Below, piece after piece: positions 1 to 9,220 of a stretch of DNA of 27,432 bases. The DNA comes from an uncultured virus (IMG/VR IMGVR_UViG_3300017989_000061). Lineage: Duplodnaviria; Heunggongvirae; Uroviricota; Caudoviricetes. A model generated the notes under the pieces. It was given only the letters and a program-made list of their open reading frames with translations. It did not search any database and had not been told where the DNA came from. Both the position numbers and the translations under genes were made by a program. The stretch lies in IMG/VR virus record IMGVR_UViG_3300017989_000061. One strand, written 5' to 3'. The number at the start of each line of letters is the position of its first letter. The first letter of the stretch is position 1.

Positions 1-672
1 CGTGGACAGGGAGTCTGGATTTGCCAGATTGTTGATTGCCCGGATTATTCCGGTGTGACCCGTGCCTTCACCAGAGAAGAAATTCATCTTGCTTTGTCTT
101 CAGAAGAATTCTGGTCAGGCAGAGCTGATGACCACGAAAGTTTCTATGCTTCTCTGAAGCCGGGACAGATTGTTCACTACAACAACGGATTCAACAACTA
201 TGTGCGTTGTGAAGCCTTCATTGAAGATGGTGAAACAAAGTTGAAGCCGATTGCTCTTGTCGGTCAGTGGAGAGAGTACGATCTCCCACGACGAAACGTC
301 GATGGTTCAATCTCTTATAACTACTACCCGGCAATGGTACTCGGTGAAAAGTTTGGCAGCGATAACGTCAAAACCTCATTCACTCCGAACTACTCAAACA
401 TTTATGAGGCAAAGCCAAGGGTGGGGGATATCGACCCGACAGACCTTGAACCTATCGATCTGTCAGTTCCTCCGATGACCGATGAACAGAAGTCTATCGC
501 TGCTAAATGGCAGAAGGTAGCAGCGGTCAGTCGGGCAATTGAAGAAGGGCAGCGGGCAAGAGGAAAGGAAAACAATCCTCAGAAGATTCTCGATGCCATC
601 GAAACTCTGATGAAAAAGAACCCCAAAGAATATCTCAGGCTGTTCACCACACTATCGGGGACACCTGTATAA
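1..672 (+). CDS. Hypothetical phage protein, 5'-partial
   Basis: Frame is open from position 1 (RGQGVWICQ...) through the listed 55..672 ORF. Confidence 0.8.
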   Translation, partial: RGQGVWICQIVDCPDYSGVTRAFTREEIHLALSSEEFWSGRADDHESFYASLKPGQIVHYNNGFNNYVRCEAFIEDGETKLKPIALVGQWREYDLPRRNVDGSISYNYYPAMVLGEKFGSDNVKTSFTPNYSNIYEAKPRVGDIDPTDLEPIDLSVPPMTDEQKSIAAKWQKVAAVSRAIEEGQRARGKENNPQKILDAIETLMKKNPKEYLRLFTTLSGTPV

Positions 673-677
673 AAGCC

Positions 678-959
678 ATGACAACTTCATCTGAACAAAA
701 TATGACTCCCGAACAACGTGCTATGCCAAAGCACGTTCAACAGGAAGCATACAAAAGAATCCCAATGACCTGCGATCTGGTCAGACAGATTCTGGACGAA
801 GCAATAGTCACATTGATGGACGATCTGGATATTGATCCTGCTGATGTGGCAACCGTTGATGTGGCTATGTCTCATGCTTTTCAACGTATTCGGGATGAAG
901 TTACACAACCCTTCCGAACAGAACAAATGAGGTTGTTATGTCCAAAGGATACACCGTAA
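678..959 (+). CDS. Hypothetical protein (93 aa)
   Basis: ATG ORF directly after the upstream stop, co-oriented. Confidence 0.7.
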   Translation: MTTSSEQNMTPEQRAMPKHVQQEAYKRIPMTCDLVRQILDEAIVTLMDDLDIDPADVATVDVAMSHAFQRIRDEVTQPFRTEQMRLLCPKDTP

Positions 960-1123
960 TCAGTGAAGCCGACGATCATATCATCGTTGGAATGAGTTTC
1001 GCACACTTCAACAAAAATTGCGAACCCTCAATTACCTACAACGGCAGATAATACAAGTGGGGACCACTGGAAATCTGCCCAATCAATTTCTGTTCCGCAC
1101 GTCGCTACAATCTGGAAAGCTGA
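938..1123 (+). pseudogene. Small ORF interrupted by an in-frame TAA (1049-1051)
   Basis: GAGG then ATG at 938; MSKGYTVISE..ITYNGR*YKWGPLEICP..NLES* fills the gap to the next gene. Confidence 0.4.
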
Positions 1124-1128
1124 AATCA

Positions 1129-1332
1129 ATGACATACAGAGAACTTCAGGCTGAAATGGCTAACTGGACCGATGAGCAACTGGATTCCGATGTGACCATT
1201 GAGATGCTCTGTGATCACGGCGACAATGAATGTTTTGCCGCTGAGTTGAGAATCGCTGGTGAAGATCATCCATCACTGGATGAAGATCACCCTGTACTGC
1301 TGGAATCGTCTTTTGACGACACCCAGTCATAA
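1129..1332 (+). CDS. Hypothetical acidic protein (MTYRELQ...)
   Basis: ATG 1129 within ORF 1018..1332, purine-rich leader. Confidence 0.7.
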   Translation: MTYRELQAEMANWTDEQLDSDVTIEMLCDHGDNECFAAELRIAGEDHPSLDEDHPVLLESSFDDTQS

Positions 1333-1421
1333 AGAAACAAGTCCCCTGATTGGATGCAGGTAGCCAACCATAGTGCTGGTAAACGCCGTATGCACGTGGA
1401 GGAGTGCCAGAACAATCAGGG
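1331..1421 (+). other. Intergenic structured element (multi-stem hairpin)
   Basis: CCCCTGATTG/CAATCAGGGG 10-bp stem, outer AAAGAA/TTCTTT, inner hairpins ACCA/TGGT and GCAC/GTGC. Confidence 0.5.
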
Positions 1422-1448
1422 GCAATTCTTTCAACAAAGGGGAAAATA

Positions 1449-2111
1449 ATGACGAACATCCGAATCACAATCAGTCCTGATCTCGATGCAGAACATCTGA
1501 ACCCTGCGAGTTATGACTGTGAATGGAAACCAATTAGCTTTTCTTCAAAGTTCATCAACTATGAAGATCCCGAAAACTACCTCAAGTTTGAAAACGGCAA
1601 GATCGTTCCTGCCACCGAAGAACTGAAGGAAAAGTTTGAGCAGGGATTCGCTTTCCTGCTCGACTATTACGAACACGGTTTGGGAATGTGGTCAATTCAT
1701 GGAACTGGTCCTAGTAGCACATGGGATAATACCAGTTGTGCTGGCATTTTGCTCTGGAACCACAAAGCTGAGGACATGGGTGCCAAGACACCCGATGAAC
1801 GAGAAAAGGACGCAAAACGCTTCCTCGAACGATACACTGACTGGTGCAATGGCACTTGTCATTACTTTGAAATCCACAAAATTACAGACTGTGAACATTG
1901 TGGACAAGAAATCAAAGAAACAATCGAAACAGACTACTCAAGGCAAGGTCACGTCGGAGACGACATCGAAGACGCTATCCGACAGGACTTGTTTGGAGTG
2001 ATTAGCGATTATCCTGATGCTCATATCACCTTTGCTGGTGATGGAAGTCATTACGGAAGTTTCGTCAAAATTCCGACACCTGATGAAATCGCAGAAGCAG
2101 AAGCACTGTGA
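1449..2111 (+). CDS. Hypothetical phage protein with CxxC
   Basis: AAGGGG RBS and ATG 1449 in ORF 1404..2111; YEHG..WD..G and CEHC motifs. Confidence 0.8.
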   Translation: MTNIRITISPDLDAEHLNPASYDCEWKPISFSSKFINYEDPENYLKFENGKIVPATEELKEKFEQGFAFLLDYYEHGLGMWSIHGTGPSSTWDNTSCAGILLWNHKAEDMGAKTPDEREKDAKRFLERYTDWCNGTCHYFEIHKITDCEHCGQEIKETIETDYSRQGHVGDDIEDAIRQDLFGVISDYPDAHITFAGDGSHYGSFVKIPTPDEIAEAEAL

Positions 2112-2250
2112 AACGAATGACTGTGAAAAATGCGGACGATTTTCAGGACACTGTGTCGCTCGTATCAATGAACGGTTTTACGATTCAGAACATCCTTATG
2201 GCGTAGACGACTGGAAAACTATGCCAATCTTCAAAGAAGAGGACACCTGA
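2083..2250 (+). CDS. Small Cys-rich hypothetical protein
   Basis: Fills the gap between neighbours; CEKC motif; start uncertain. Confidence 0.5.
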   Translation: MKSQKQKHCETNDCEKCGRFSGHCVARINERFYDSEHPYGVDDWKTMPIFKEEDT

Positions 2251-2252
2251 TA

Positions 2253-2786
2253 ATGGGACTCACGATCAAAAACAATGCTGAAATCAAACAGCAGGAAGCG
2301 TTCAAAATCTTTGCCAAAGATAAAGATGGCAATTTGGTATCTGCCTTCTTTATGTGTCTTAAAAAAGGACTGCACTACCCATCAAACGAACGAATCCGTG
2401 TCGATGATGAAGAAACAGGATTCTTCGCATTCAAAGATTTTGATCGTGCCGTTTCACTGGCAATCCAAGGCAAACGATCATGGACGACAGGCTATGGACA
2501 AAATAGACACTGGGATTTTTCAACAAGTCGGCTGATCGTTCTCCCAGTAACAATGTACGAAGTTTATGCTCAAGGGGATTTTCACGTCCCATCAGGTGAT
2601 GTTCAGGTGATGGATGGGTACTATCCTGCCTTTGAATCCAAGGAGATTGTAGTACACGACACCCCGGAAAACGTCATGGCATTTCACGATGCAGTGATTG
2701 CCAGAGTCATCAAAAATCAAAGATACCACATGACTCCAGTTGAAAAACTGGCATTCGAGACCCGACTACCACAATACGTTGCTTAG
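2253..2786 (+). CDS. Hypothetical protein (177 aa)
   Basis: GAGGA RBS, long co-oriented ORF. Confidence 0.8.
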   Translation: MGLTIKNNAEIKQQEAFKIFAKDKDGNLVSAFFMCLKKGLHYPSNERIRVDDEETGFFAFKDFDRAVSLAIQGKRSWTTGYGQNRHWDFSTSRLIVLPVTMYEVYAQGDFHVPSGDVQVMDGYYPAFESKEIVVHDTPENVMAFHDAVIARVIKNQRYHMTPVEKLAFETRLPQYVA

Positions 2787-2794
2787 GAATAACC

Positions 2795-3109
2795 ATGAAA
2801 GACATGCTCGCCAAAGCACAGGAAAAGGCAGAACAGACAATCTTCAATGACCTGAATATCACCATAAAGGTGAAACTCAGAAAGTCAGAACTAGGGAACT
2901 ATCACGAAGCAATTCTGCCAGAACAACCCATCAGCACTTCAACCATCGGCGTCATTGCGCTTATGATGGAAACTCTTGTTGTTGGGGTGAGAGTGTATCT
3001 CTTTGAGGAAAGAAAACTCTCCGTCGAATACCACTTCATGTATTCACATCCAAGCGGAGGACGCAACGGTTGTGAAGCTAAAAGGTCGTTTGACCTTCCA
3101 TTGTTTTAG
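2795..3109 (+). CDS. Hypothetical protein (104 aa)
   Basis: AGGA RBS, ATG. Confidence 0.75.
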   Translation: MKDMLAKAQEKAEQTIFNDLNITIKVKLRKSELGNYHEAILPEQPISTSTIGVIALMMETLVVGVRVYLFEERKLSVEYHFMYSHPSGGRNGCEAKRSFDLPLF

Positions 3110-3118
3110 GACACCTTC

Positions 3119-3610
3119 ATGGCATTCAACGAAACAAACCTCGGACCCTTCCGAATCATTGAAGACACAAAAAACAACAATGTTGTTATGGCTCCGGGCT
3201 ATGAAAACGCCACTATCTACGATAGTCGGGAAGACCTCTGGATTCAGCATGGACTGAAAGAACTGAATCTGGACAGACTCGAAATGGTAAGGTCACTCAG
3301 CCTGTCTTTGACACCCGGTGAACAGGAAGCAGTTTCAGAGTTTCTGAGACAACAGCCGAAAAAACGAAAAGATGACAAGCTCAAAGAATTCAGAAAACCA
3401 ATTGAAGATGCTTTTGAAGTCATCGCTGAAATGCGTGATGACAACAATGTTTATGTTGTTCTGACTTTCAAAGAAACATCTCATTCCAGTTACGACTGTT
3501 ATCGGTACTTCTACCATTCCGACAAAGAGGAATGGGAAAACTACATTCACTACCAAAACGTCAATGCAGATGAAGCAATGGCGTGGATGGCAGCAGTTAA
3601 GCATAAGTAG
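3119..3610 (+). CDS. Hypothetical protein (163 aa)
   Basis: AGGACACC leader then ATG. Confidence 0.8.
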   Translation: MAFNETNLGPFRIIEDTKNNNVVMAPGYENATIYDSREDLWIQHGLKELNLDRLEMVRSLSLSLTPGEQEAVSEFLRQQPKKRKDDKLKEFRKPIEDAFEVIAEMRDDNNVYVVLTFKETSHSSYDCYRYFYHSDKEEWENYIHYQNVNADEAMAWMAAVKHK

Positions 3611-3618
3611 GGGAAACC

Positions 3619-4008
3619 ATGACCGCTCACGAAACACTCACCAAAGTTGCTGCACGTCTTTCTGGACACCATAAAGACGATTTGTCAACAACTGAACGAC
3701 AAATCGCCGCTCTCCTGTTTGACTGTGAGTATATCATCGTAGACGATCAGGGTAATATCCTCGACCGTCTTGATGCAGCAGTCAGTTGCCCTGACTACGT
3801 GACTACTACCAACGGTGAACGATTCACTGTTGATCACCACCGAGATATGATTCAATCTGTTCACAAGCGGTTCGGTCGAAACATCGATGCCACTCATGAG
3901 GCATGGAATCGACTGATGGAATCTCGCTTCGACAGAGAACAAGTCGAAACTTTGTTAGGAGAAGAATACAATGCCCAAGACAACCCTTTTCGTCGTCATC
4001 GAAGTTGA
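3619..4008 (+). CDS. Hypothetical protein (129 aa)
   Basis: AGGGG RBS, ATG. Confidence 0.75.
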   Translation: MTAHETLTKVAARLSGHHKDDLSTTERQIAALLFDCEYIIVDDQGNILDRLDAAVSCPDYVTTTNGERFTVDHHRDMIQSVHKRFGRNIDATHEAWNRLMESRFDREQVETLLGEEYNAQDNPFRRHRS

Positions 4009-4147
4009 AATTGAACACGGCAAAGATACCACCCCCGATGAAATCATCGACGATTGTGAATATGATTTCCCTTCTCCCGAAGGACATAACGGGGAAATCA
4101 CTCACACAGAAATGATCGGATACACCGAAGAACGACCAATCGTTTGA
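3971..4147 (+). CDS. Small acidic hypothetical protein (58 aa, not in ORF track)
   Basis: AGGAG RBS, ATG 3971, MPKTTLFVVIEVEIEH...ERPIV*, fills gap. Confidence 0.65.
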   Translation: MPKTTLFVVIEVEIEHGKDTTPDEIIDDCEYDFPSPEGHNGEITHTEMIGYTEERPIV

Positions 4148-4158
4148 GGACACCCAAC

Positions 4159-4461
4159 ATGAAACCAACAGCACGAGAAATTCTCGCCAAGAAAATGGCG
4201 GATCGTATTGGTCACGGCATGGAAGAAAAATGTTACACCCATGCTGATGTGGCAATTGAATTTGTAAGCGACTATTCGTTTACAAGTACGCTGTCACTCA
4301 TGGAAGCGTACAGGAAAGCTGAAAACAACGAAGAATGTGCTAAGATCCTCAGACTCTATTGTACAGACTTCATGCAGTATTGCCGGGAATATGATCCCGG
4401 TAGACTTCGTGTAATCAGGGAATGCAAGGAACTCTACAATGAAAAACAAAGTGACAATTGA
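4159..4461 (+). CDS. Hypothetical protein
   Basis: GAGGACACCCAAC-ATG. Confidence 0.75.
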   Translation: MKPTAREILAKKMADRIGHGMEEKCYTHADVAIEFVSDYSFTSTLSLMEAYRKAENNEECAKILRLYCTDFMQYCREYDPGRLRVIRECKELYNEKQSDN

Positions 4462-4708
4462 TCTGCCCGCTGCGTTTCAAGTTGAAGACTACCACGAAAT
4501 TCCCGTTGTGCTGGATATGCTCAAAGGAATGACAGGAGACACCTCACTCAAGACCAACGAAGTAAAGTCTGCTCCTGAAAAAGAAAATCCACACGGACAG
4601 ACTTTTTATTGGGGAATTCTCTACAAAGGCAGATACCCCAGTAAAGCAACCATCAATGCCTGTCTGGAAAAGGCTGGTTGTGATATGAACCCGGACTACG
4701 ACGATTGA
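4439..4708 (+). CDS. Hypothetical protein (89 aa)
   Basis: AAGGA RBS, overlaps end of upstream gene. Confidence 0.7.
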   Translation: MKNKVTIDLPAAFQVEDYHEIPVVLDMLKGMTGDTSLKTNEVKSAPEKENPHGQTFYWGILYKGRYPSKATINACLEKAGCDMNPDYDD

Positions 4709-4718
4709 GGAGATTTCT

Positions 4719-4871
4719 GTGACTCTTTTTTGTTTAATCCACAAATACGACGACAAAACCGATCTTCATCTTTTCAAGTCAGAAAAGACTGTTGAACCCG
4801 GAGAAGTTGCCGCACAACTCAATGTGGATTTTCTTCTTTGTGAAATGTTGATGATGTTGACTGCCCTGTAA
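4719..4871 (+). CDS. Small hypothetical protein (50 aa)
   Basis: GAGGAG RBS, GTG start, fills gap. Confidence 0.5.
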   Translation: MTLFCLIHKYDDKTDLHLFKSEKTVEPGEVAAQLNVDFLLCEMLMMLTAL

Positions 4872-4883
4872 TTGAGGACACCC

Positions 4884-5126
4884 ATGCCAATTCTAACAGA
4901 ACCTGAAGACCTGAATTGGTTACAGGAAACTCACAACGTCTCAACCAATGGTTACAAAGTTGCCGTACTGCACGGCAATGAAGACTACCCAACCAAAGTT
5001 GAACTGTTCACCAGAGATCACTTTAGGTGCAAACCCACCATCTATGAACCTGATGAAGACGGGACACTAAGACTTGTTAAGTTCGGGACCGGGCAACCAC
5101 CGCCGACAAAAGAGGACACCCAATGA
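4884..5126 (+). CDS. Hypothetical protein
   Basis: GAGGACACCC-ATG. Confidence 0.75.
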   Translation: MPILTEPEDLNWLQETHNVSTNGYKVAVLHGNEDYPTKVELFTRDHFRCKPTIYEPDEDGTLRLVKFGTGQPPPTKEDTQ

Positions 5127-5491
5127 GCTACCAACGTGTTGTGCCAAGAGACCTGTTCAACGAATCAAAGTTGCTCAAATGCCTTGGACAACTCGTTCTA
5201 CTCATTCACAATGGATGTGACAAAGATGGAACAGCCACTCCTGCTAATCTCAAATATGAGCACGTAGGCAACCAATTTAACATCATCCAAGATCCGTCCG
5301 ATGGCAGCATCGAATCTCCAAACATGCGGTTCTACAATAACGGTTCATTTCTATGCTTTGGACACCCAATGAACTGCAATGAGCCTTACCCGCTGCTCCT
5401 GAAAACTGTCGATGACGAAATCGAAGTCTTCAATGATGACGGGACACTAACCGATCAATTCAGGGAATTTTGCGATGAAATCGAAGATTGA
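5123..5491 (+). CDS. Phage hypothetical protein (RVVPRDLFNESKLLKCLGQL N-terminus)
   Basis: ATGA overlap, GAGGACACCC leader; N-terminus resembles a recurrent phage hypothetical family (from recall). Confidence 0.8.
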   Translation: MSYQRVVPRDLFNESKLLKCLGQLVLLIHNGCDKDGTATPANLKYEHVGNQFNIIQDPSDGSIESPNMRFYNNGSFLCFGHPMNCNEPYPLLLKTVDDEIEVFNDDGTLTDQFREFCDEIED

Positions 5492-5714
5492 ATATATCCC
5501 AGACAGTGCCGAACGAATCAATCGACCTGTCAAACGACGTGGCGGAATCCTGAATCTCGCTCCCGGACAATCAGAAGATGGTTACGGAAGCAAAATCACT
5601 ACCGATACAATGGTCCGACTCGATAACCGACTTTATCGTGTCTACGCTACCTGCTACTCCAACGTAGCAAGTCACTGGATCATCAAAGGTGGACAGAAAC
5701 TTCATCTGAGGTAA
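5475..5714 (+). CDS. Phage hypothetical protein (GYGxKI..RVY..CYSN)
   Basis: Overlapping ORF; motif typical of small phage proteins. Confidence 0.75.
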   Translation: MKSKIEYIPDSAERINRPVKRRGGILNLAPGQSEDGYGSKITTDTMVRLDNRLYRVYATCYSNVASHWIIKGGQKLHLR

Positions 5715-5933
5715 ACAATTACTCAACGAAATCAGAATCAAACCAAATTGCGGGGCGAGATTCCAAGAAACTGAATTGGGTTATCATCCTGATCTCCCAA
5801 AATTACGAGAAACAGTTTTGCTCGCTCCCAAAACTGCCGAACAACTTGAAAACGCTCTCGCAGCTTGCCAGCGGTCACTCGCAAAAGCTGACACCCGGTA
5901 ACAAAACATCCAATCACTCACCGGGAGAACAAA

Positions 5934-6374
5934 ATGAGTTGTTACCACAATATCACCAAAGTTGAATTTGAAAACACCGTCGTTAAACAATGGGGATTCC
6001 ACCCAATGTCAATCGATGGAACAACTGAACTTGTCTATGGCAAAACTACCACAATTCACGGACATACTGTCTCCTGCCGCATCTACTCAGGCATTAACCC
6101 CGATGGCAATAGTCGGGAAGTTGGCAAAGATGCTATCCGCATCCAGTTGTTCGTGAAACAAAATGGACACCCACAGAAACTCAACAAAACACGTCGATGC
6201 CTCAGAGTTAAAGGATGGAAAAATAATCTCACAAACGCTCTGAGAGAAGAAAAAGCAAAGGTCACTCAATGTAAATGTGGTGCCCTCCTCGCTCACCGTA
6301 AAAAAGGTGACTTCTACGGTTGTGTGACTTACCACGATACAGGATGCAAGGGAACACCCGCAAAATACACATAA
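5934..6374 (+). CDS. Protein with C-terminal topoisomerase-type C4 zinc ribbon
   Basis: CKCGALLAHRKKGDFYGCVTYHDTGCKGT matches the zf-C4_Topoisom pattern; GGGAG RBS. Confidence 0.75.
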   Translation: MSCYHNITKVEFENTVVKQWGFHPMSIDGTTELVYGKTTTIHGHTVSCRIYSGINPDGNSREVGKDAIRIQLFVKQNGHPQKLNKTRRCLRVKGWKNNLTNALREEKAKVTQCKCGALLAHRKKGDFYGCVTYHDTGCKGTPAKYT

Positions 6375-6384
6375 GGAACAAACC

Positions 6385-6639
6385 ATGTCCGCAATCAGCC
6401 TGAATATCGACACAGATATCATCGGTGATGACTTTGAAAAAGGACGAAAACTGCTCACCAACGTCCTCAAAGCAATTCCTGACACCCACGATATGACCAG
6501 ACTCGAAGCGGGAACATACGTCAAAGAATTTACCTTCTACGTTGACCCCGAAACCGCCGAAGTTAAATGTGCCAGAAATGATAGCCTCTATGGACGTATC
6601 AATCGTCCAACCGTCACTCTTACCATTGATGAACTCTAA
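6385..6639 (+). CDS. Hypothetical protein (84 aa)
   Basis: AAGGA RBS, ATG. Confidence 0.7.
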   Translation: MSAISLNIDTDIIGDDFEKGRKLLTNVLKAIPDTHDMTRLEAGTYVKEFTFYVDPETAEVKCARNDSLYGRINRPTVTLTIDEL

Positions 6640-6648
6640 GGAAAGAAT

Positions 6649-7083
6649 ATGACCATCTTTGTCTCCGACAAAAACGAAGCACGAAATGAAAAACTGTTCG
6701 ATACTCTCGTGTCCTGCATGGGCAACTGTGAAACTATCGAAGGGGAAGTGCTAAGAGCGATCAATCGTCTCGTTTATCGTTACTACAACGATGGAGATTA
6801 TTGGTGGGAAGGCTATGGCTGCGAAACTGCCGGTCCCGCTGCCGCTTTCCTCAAAAGAATCAAAAATCGCACCGATCTTTGTCTAAACAAAGAAATCAAC
6901 GCAAGCGATCAACGACGGGGTGAAGCCTACGAAAAACAAATCCTCGCCATTCATGAAAAGATTCTCGACTGGATCGAAAGCAAAAATGGTGAATACACCC
7001 TCAACATTGATGATCTCGATATGGACGAAACAGATCCCATCTATGAAAACAATGGATACTATGACGATGGCATCGACTTCTGA
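6649..7083 (+). CDS. Phage hypothetical protein (GEVLRAINRLVYRYYNDGD)
   Basis: AAGGA RBS; recurrent phage motif. Confidence 0.8.
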   Translation: MTIFVSDKNEARNEKLFDTLVSCMGNCETIEGEVLRAINRLVYRYYNDGDYWWEGYGCETAGPAAAFLKRIKNRTDLCLNKEINASDQRRGEAYEKQILAIHEKILDWIESKNGEYTLNIDDLDMDETDPIYENNGYYDDGIDF

Positions 7084-7136
7084 GACACCCTCAGAGGCTC
7101 TGTAACGAATCGTTACTCTAATATGGGATAATCCTC

Positions 7137-7550
7137 ATGCACCAAACTGTATTTGAAAATGAGAAGCATAAATCAACTGTAAATGAGTATTATCTTGATG
7201 AACAGACTCATTGGCGGTTTGCTTCTCCAAAAGCTGCTGAAAAAGTGGCAAATGTCCTCCGATCTATCACAACCGGACTCAAAATCTATGTGAGACACCT
7301 GCCGGTAAATGAAACAGACAGAATCAGGGGAGTCGGTGATTACGCTATTACCACGTTCCGACGATTGGATTGTTTCGCTACCAGTCGATTTTGTCACGCT
7401 ATCGAACAGGCTCAGTCTCTTGTGCTGGCTGACGATATCGCTGAATACGATCCCGAACACCCACTACTGAAAAACTGGTCGTTCAAACCAGAAAACAGAA
7501 ACAAACTCTCAAAAATTCACTTTGGTGAAAAGGACTTTAGCAAAACATGA
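7137..7550 (+). CDS. Hypothetical protein (137 aa)
   Basis: ATG ORF coupled to the next gene. Confidence 0.7.
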   Translation: MHQTVFENEKHKSTVNEYYLDEQTHWRFASPKAAEKVANVLRSITTGLKIYVRHLPVNETDRIRGVGDYAITTFRRLDCFATSRFCHAIEQAQSLVLADDIAEYDPEHPLLKNWSFKPENRNKLSKIHFGEKDFSKT

Positions 7551-7915
7551 GACACGTCAACCACATCGGAAAACCAACCATCATTGATGAACCCGGAATC
7601 TATCGTACCCGCTGCGGTGAACTCGTCACTGTCAACAAAGTTGTTGAGCATGTCGCCTGCGGAGAATACCCAAACGGAATCCCTGACACGTGGGATGTCA
7701 ATGGACGACTCTACCCGTCCTCCGAATCTGACAACGATATCGTTAGCAAACCAATCTCAAGGGAAACCATCCTCAATGCCGATGGTATCTCGTTCTGGGC
7801 AAAGGATGCTCTCAAACACCTTGAACAACGTGATATCGTTGACGCAATTGCTGATCTCGAAATGCTCAGTGAATACTTCAACGTCAAACTCAAAAACATG
7901 ATGACACCTGCCTAA
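7547..7915 (+). CDS. Hypothetical protein, apparently two modules
   Basis: ATGA overlap; N-module PGIYRTRCGE..W..NG..DIV, C-module SFWAKDAL..RDIVDA. Confidence 0.75.
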   Translation: MRHVNHIGKPTIIDEPGIYRTRCGELVTVNKVVEHVACGEYPNGIPDTWDVNGRLYPSSESDNDIVSKPISRETILNADGISFWAKDALKHLEQRDIVDAIADLEMLSEYFNVKLKNMMTPA

Positions 7916-8065
7916 ACAAAAGAACAACACATGAGCGAACCGAAATCAGAAAGAAGACAATTGTTCGCCCTCGTCCGATTGTAGAATTCCAATCAGACTA
8001 TGAAGCACAGTTGTTGCTCAACTCGTAAATGTGTTCACAAATATCCCAAAGGAACTGGACACCCT

Positions 8066-8269
8066 ATGAACAATCAAGAAACAATCGAAATTCTGTTCGA
8101 TCAGGGTGAGTACAGAGGATGGAAACTCACCTACAATGATTACAGACCCAAAACAGGTCGATGGGAAGGAACACGATTCGGCGTGACACAACACGCTTCA
8201 ACAAAAGAAAATCTCCAACGGTCAATTGACCAAAGAATCAAAGAATATCCCAGTTCAGGCGGGGCATAA
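8066..8269 (+). CDS. Hypothetical protein
   Basis: GGACACCCT-ATG. Confidence 0.65.
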   Translation: MNNQETIEILFDQGEYRGWKLTYNDYRPKTGRWEGTRFGVTQHASTKENLQRSIDQRIKEYPSSGGA

Positions 8270-8829
8270 TGCAAACAATTGGTGACAATATGACACTCCA
8301 GAAAACAACCATCGAAATCACCGTGTTCTCTGACGGAGCATACACCCCTGAAACAATCGCTCAGATTGCTCAGGATATTAACGACGGAGATTGCACAAAC
8401 ATTGGGGAATACGCTGGAAGTTGGAAAATCACCAACACCGAACACCTGTCACCACTCGAAATGTACGATGAACTGAAAAAAGTTCACTCTGACCCATCCT
8501 CCCTGCTGGGAGAAGACCACCCGCTGGTCACAATGGACACCCGGACACGTAATGCCATCAGACTCGCAAAGAAGTTTGAATGGGCAAGCTACGGAAAGAT
8601 GTTCATCGAAGTTGAAGATCTGGAATCTGTCGGCCTGACCATGCCCAAACAATACACTGACTTTAATTGGGCTAAGTTCTGCACCGACGTTTACAAACAA
8701 ATCACCGGAGAAGATCTCGAACCCTCAAAAGCTGTCGGACGTGGTTTTCAGTCCCAGTATTACGGTCGAAATGTCTCCGATGCTCTCAAAGCAAAATTTG
8801 TCCCCGAAGGAATTGACGTATGCTCCTGA
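8269..8829 (+). CDS. Hypothetical protein (186 aa)
   Basis: TAATG coupling, long ORF. Confidence 0.8.
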   Translation: MQTIGDNMTLQKTTIEITVFSDGAYTPETIAQIAQDINDGDCTNIGEYAGSWKITNTEHLSPLEMYDELKKVHSDPSSLLGEDHPLVTMDTRTRNAIRLAKKFEWASYGKMFIEVEDLESVGLTMPKQYTDFNWAKFCTDVYKQITGEDLEPSKAVGRGFQSQYYGRNVSDALKAKFVPEGIDVCS

Positions 8830-9089
8830 TCATTTATTCACAAAATTCCACTTTCGGACCTGAAATCGGGGCTGTTGCACAAGCAGACACCCACGATGAA
8901 GCTATCGAAAAAGGTGTGAAAATGACTGTGAATAAATTGAACGACTTTCGAGGAGAAGAAGTCAGCGACAAAGAAAAAGAAACCATCAAAAAAGAATTTG
9001 AAACTCACAACGAATTTTCACCTAATCCGGGTGATTATTACAACGAAAAGTGCTGGTCTGTCTCCATCGCCACTGTTGACACCCTGTAA
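8820..9089 (+). CDS. Hypothetical protein (89 aa)
   Basis: AAGGA RBS, overlap with upstream gene. Confidence 0.7.
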   Translation: MLLIIYSQNSTFGPEIGAVAQADTHDEAIEKGVKMTVNKLNDFRGEEVSDKEKETIKKEFETHNEFSPNPGDYYNEKCWSVSIATVDTL

Positions 9090-9109
9090 ACAACGAAACA
9101 TCAAAACAT

Positions 9110-9198
9110 AGTCCGAAACATAACTCGTGGGTATGACAATCAACCTGTGCCCGGTTCATACCCTGTGCCCGGTCGATTGCCACGGGGGATTTCGGACT
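9110..9198 (+). other. Structured leader containing a 12-bp direct repeat
   Basis: AGTCCGAAA/TTTCGGACT and CTCGTGG/CCACGGG stems; CCTGTGCCCGGT at 9144 and 9162. Confidence 0.55.
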
Positions 9199-9220
9199 TA
9201 TTCAACCAACGGAGAGAACC

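Noticed and set aside
7931..8030. Possible frameshifted small gene
   Set aside because: Two short frames without a clear RBS or homology; cannot be supported.
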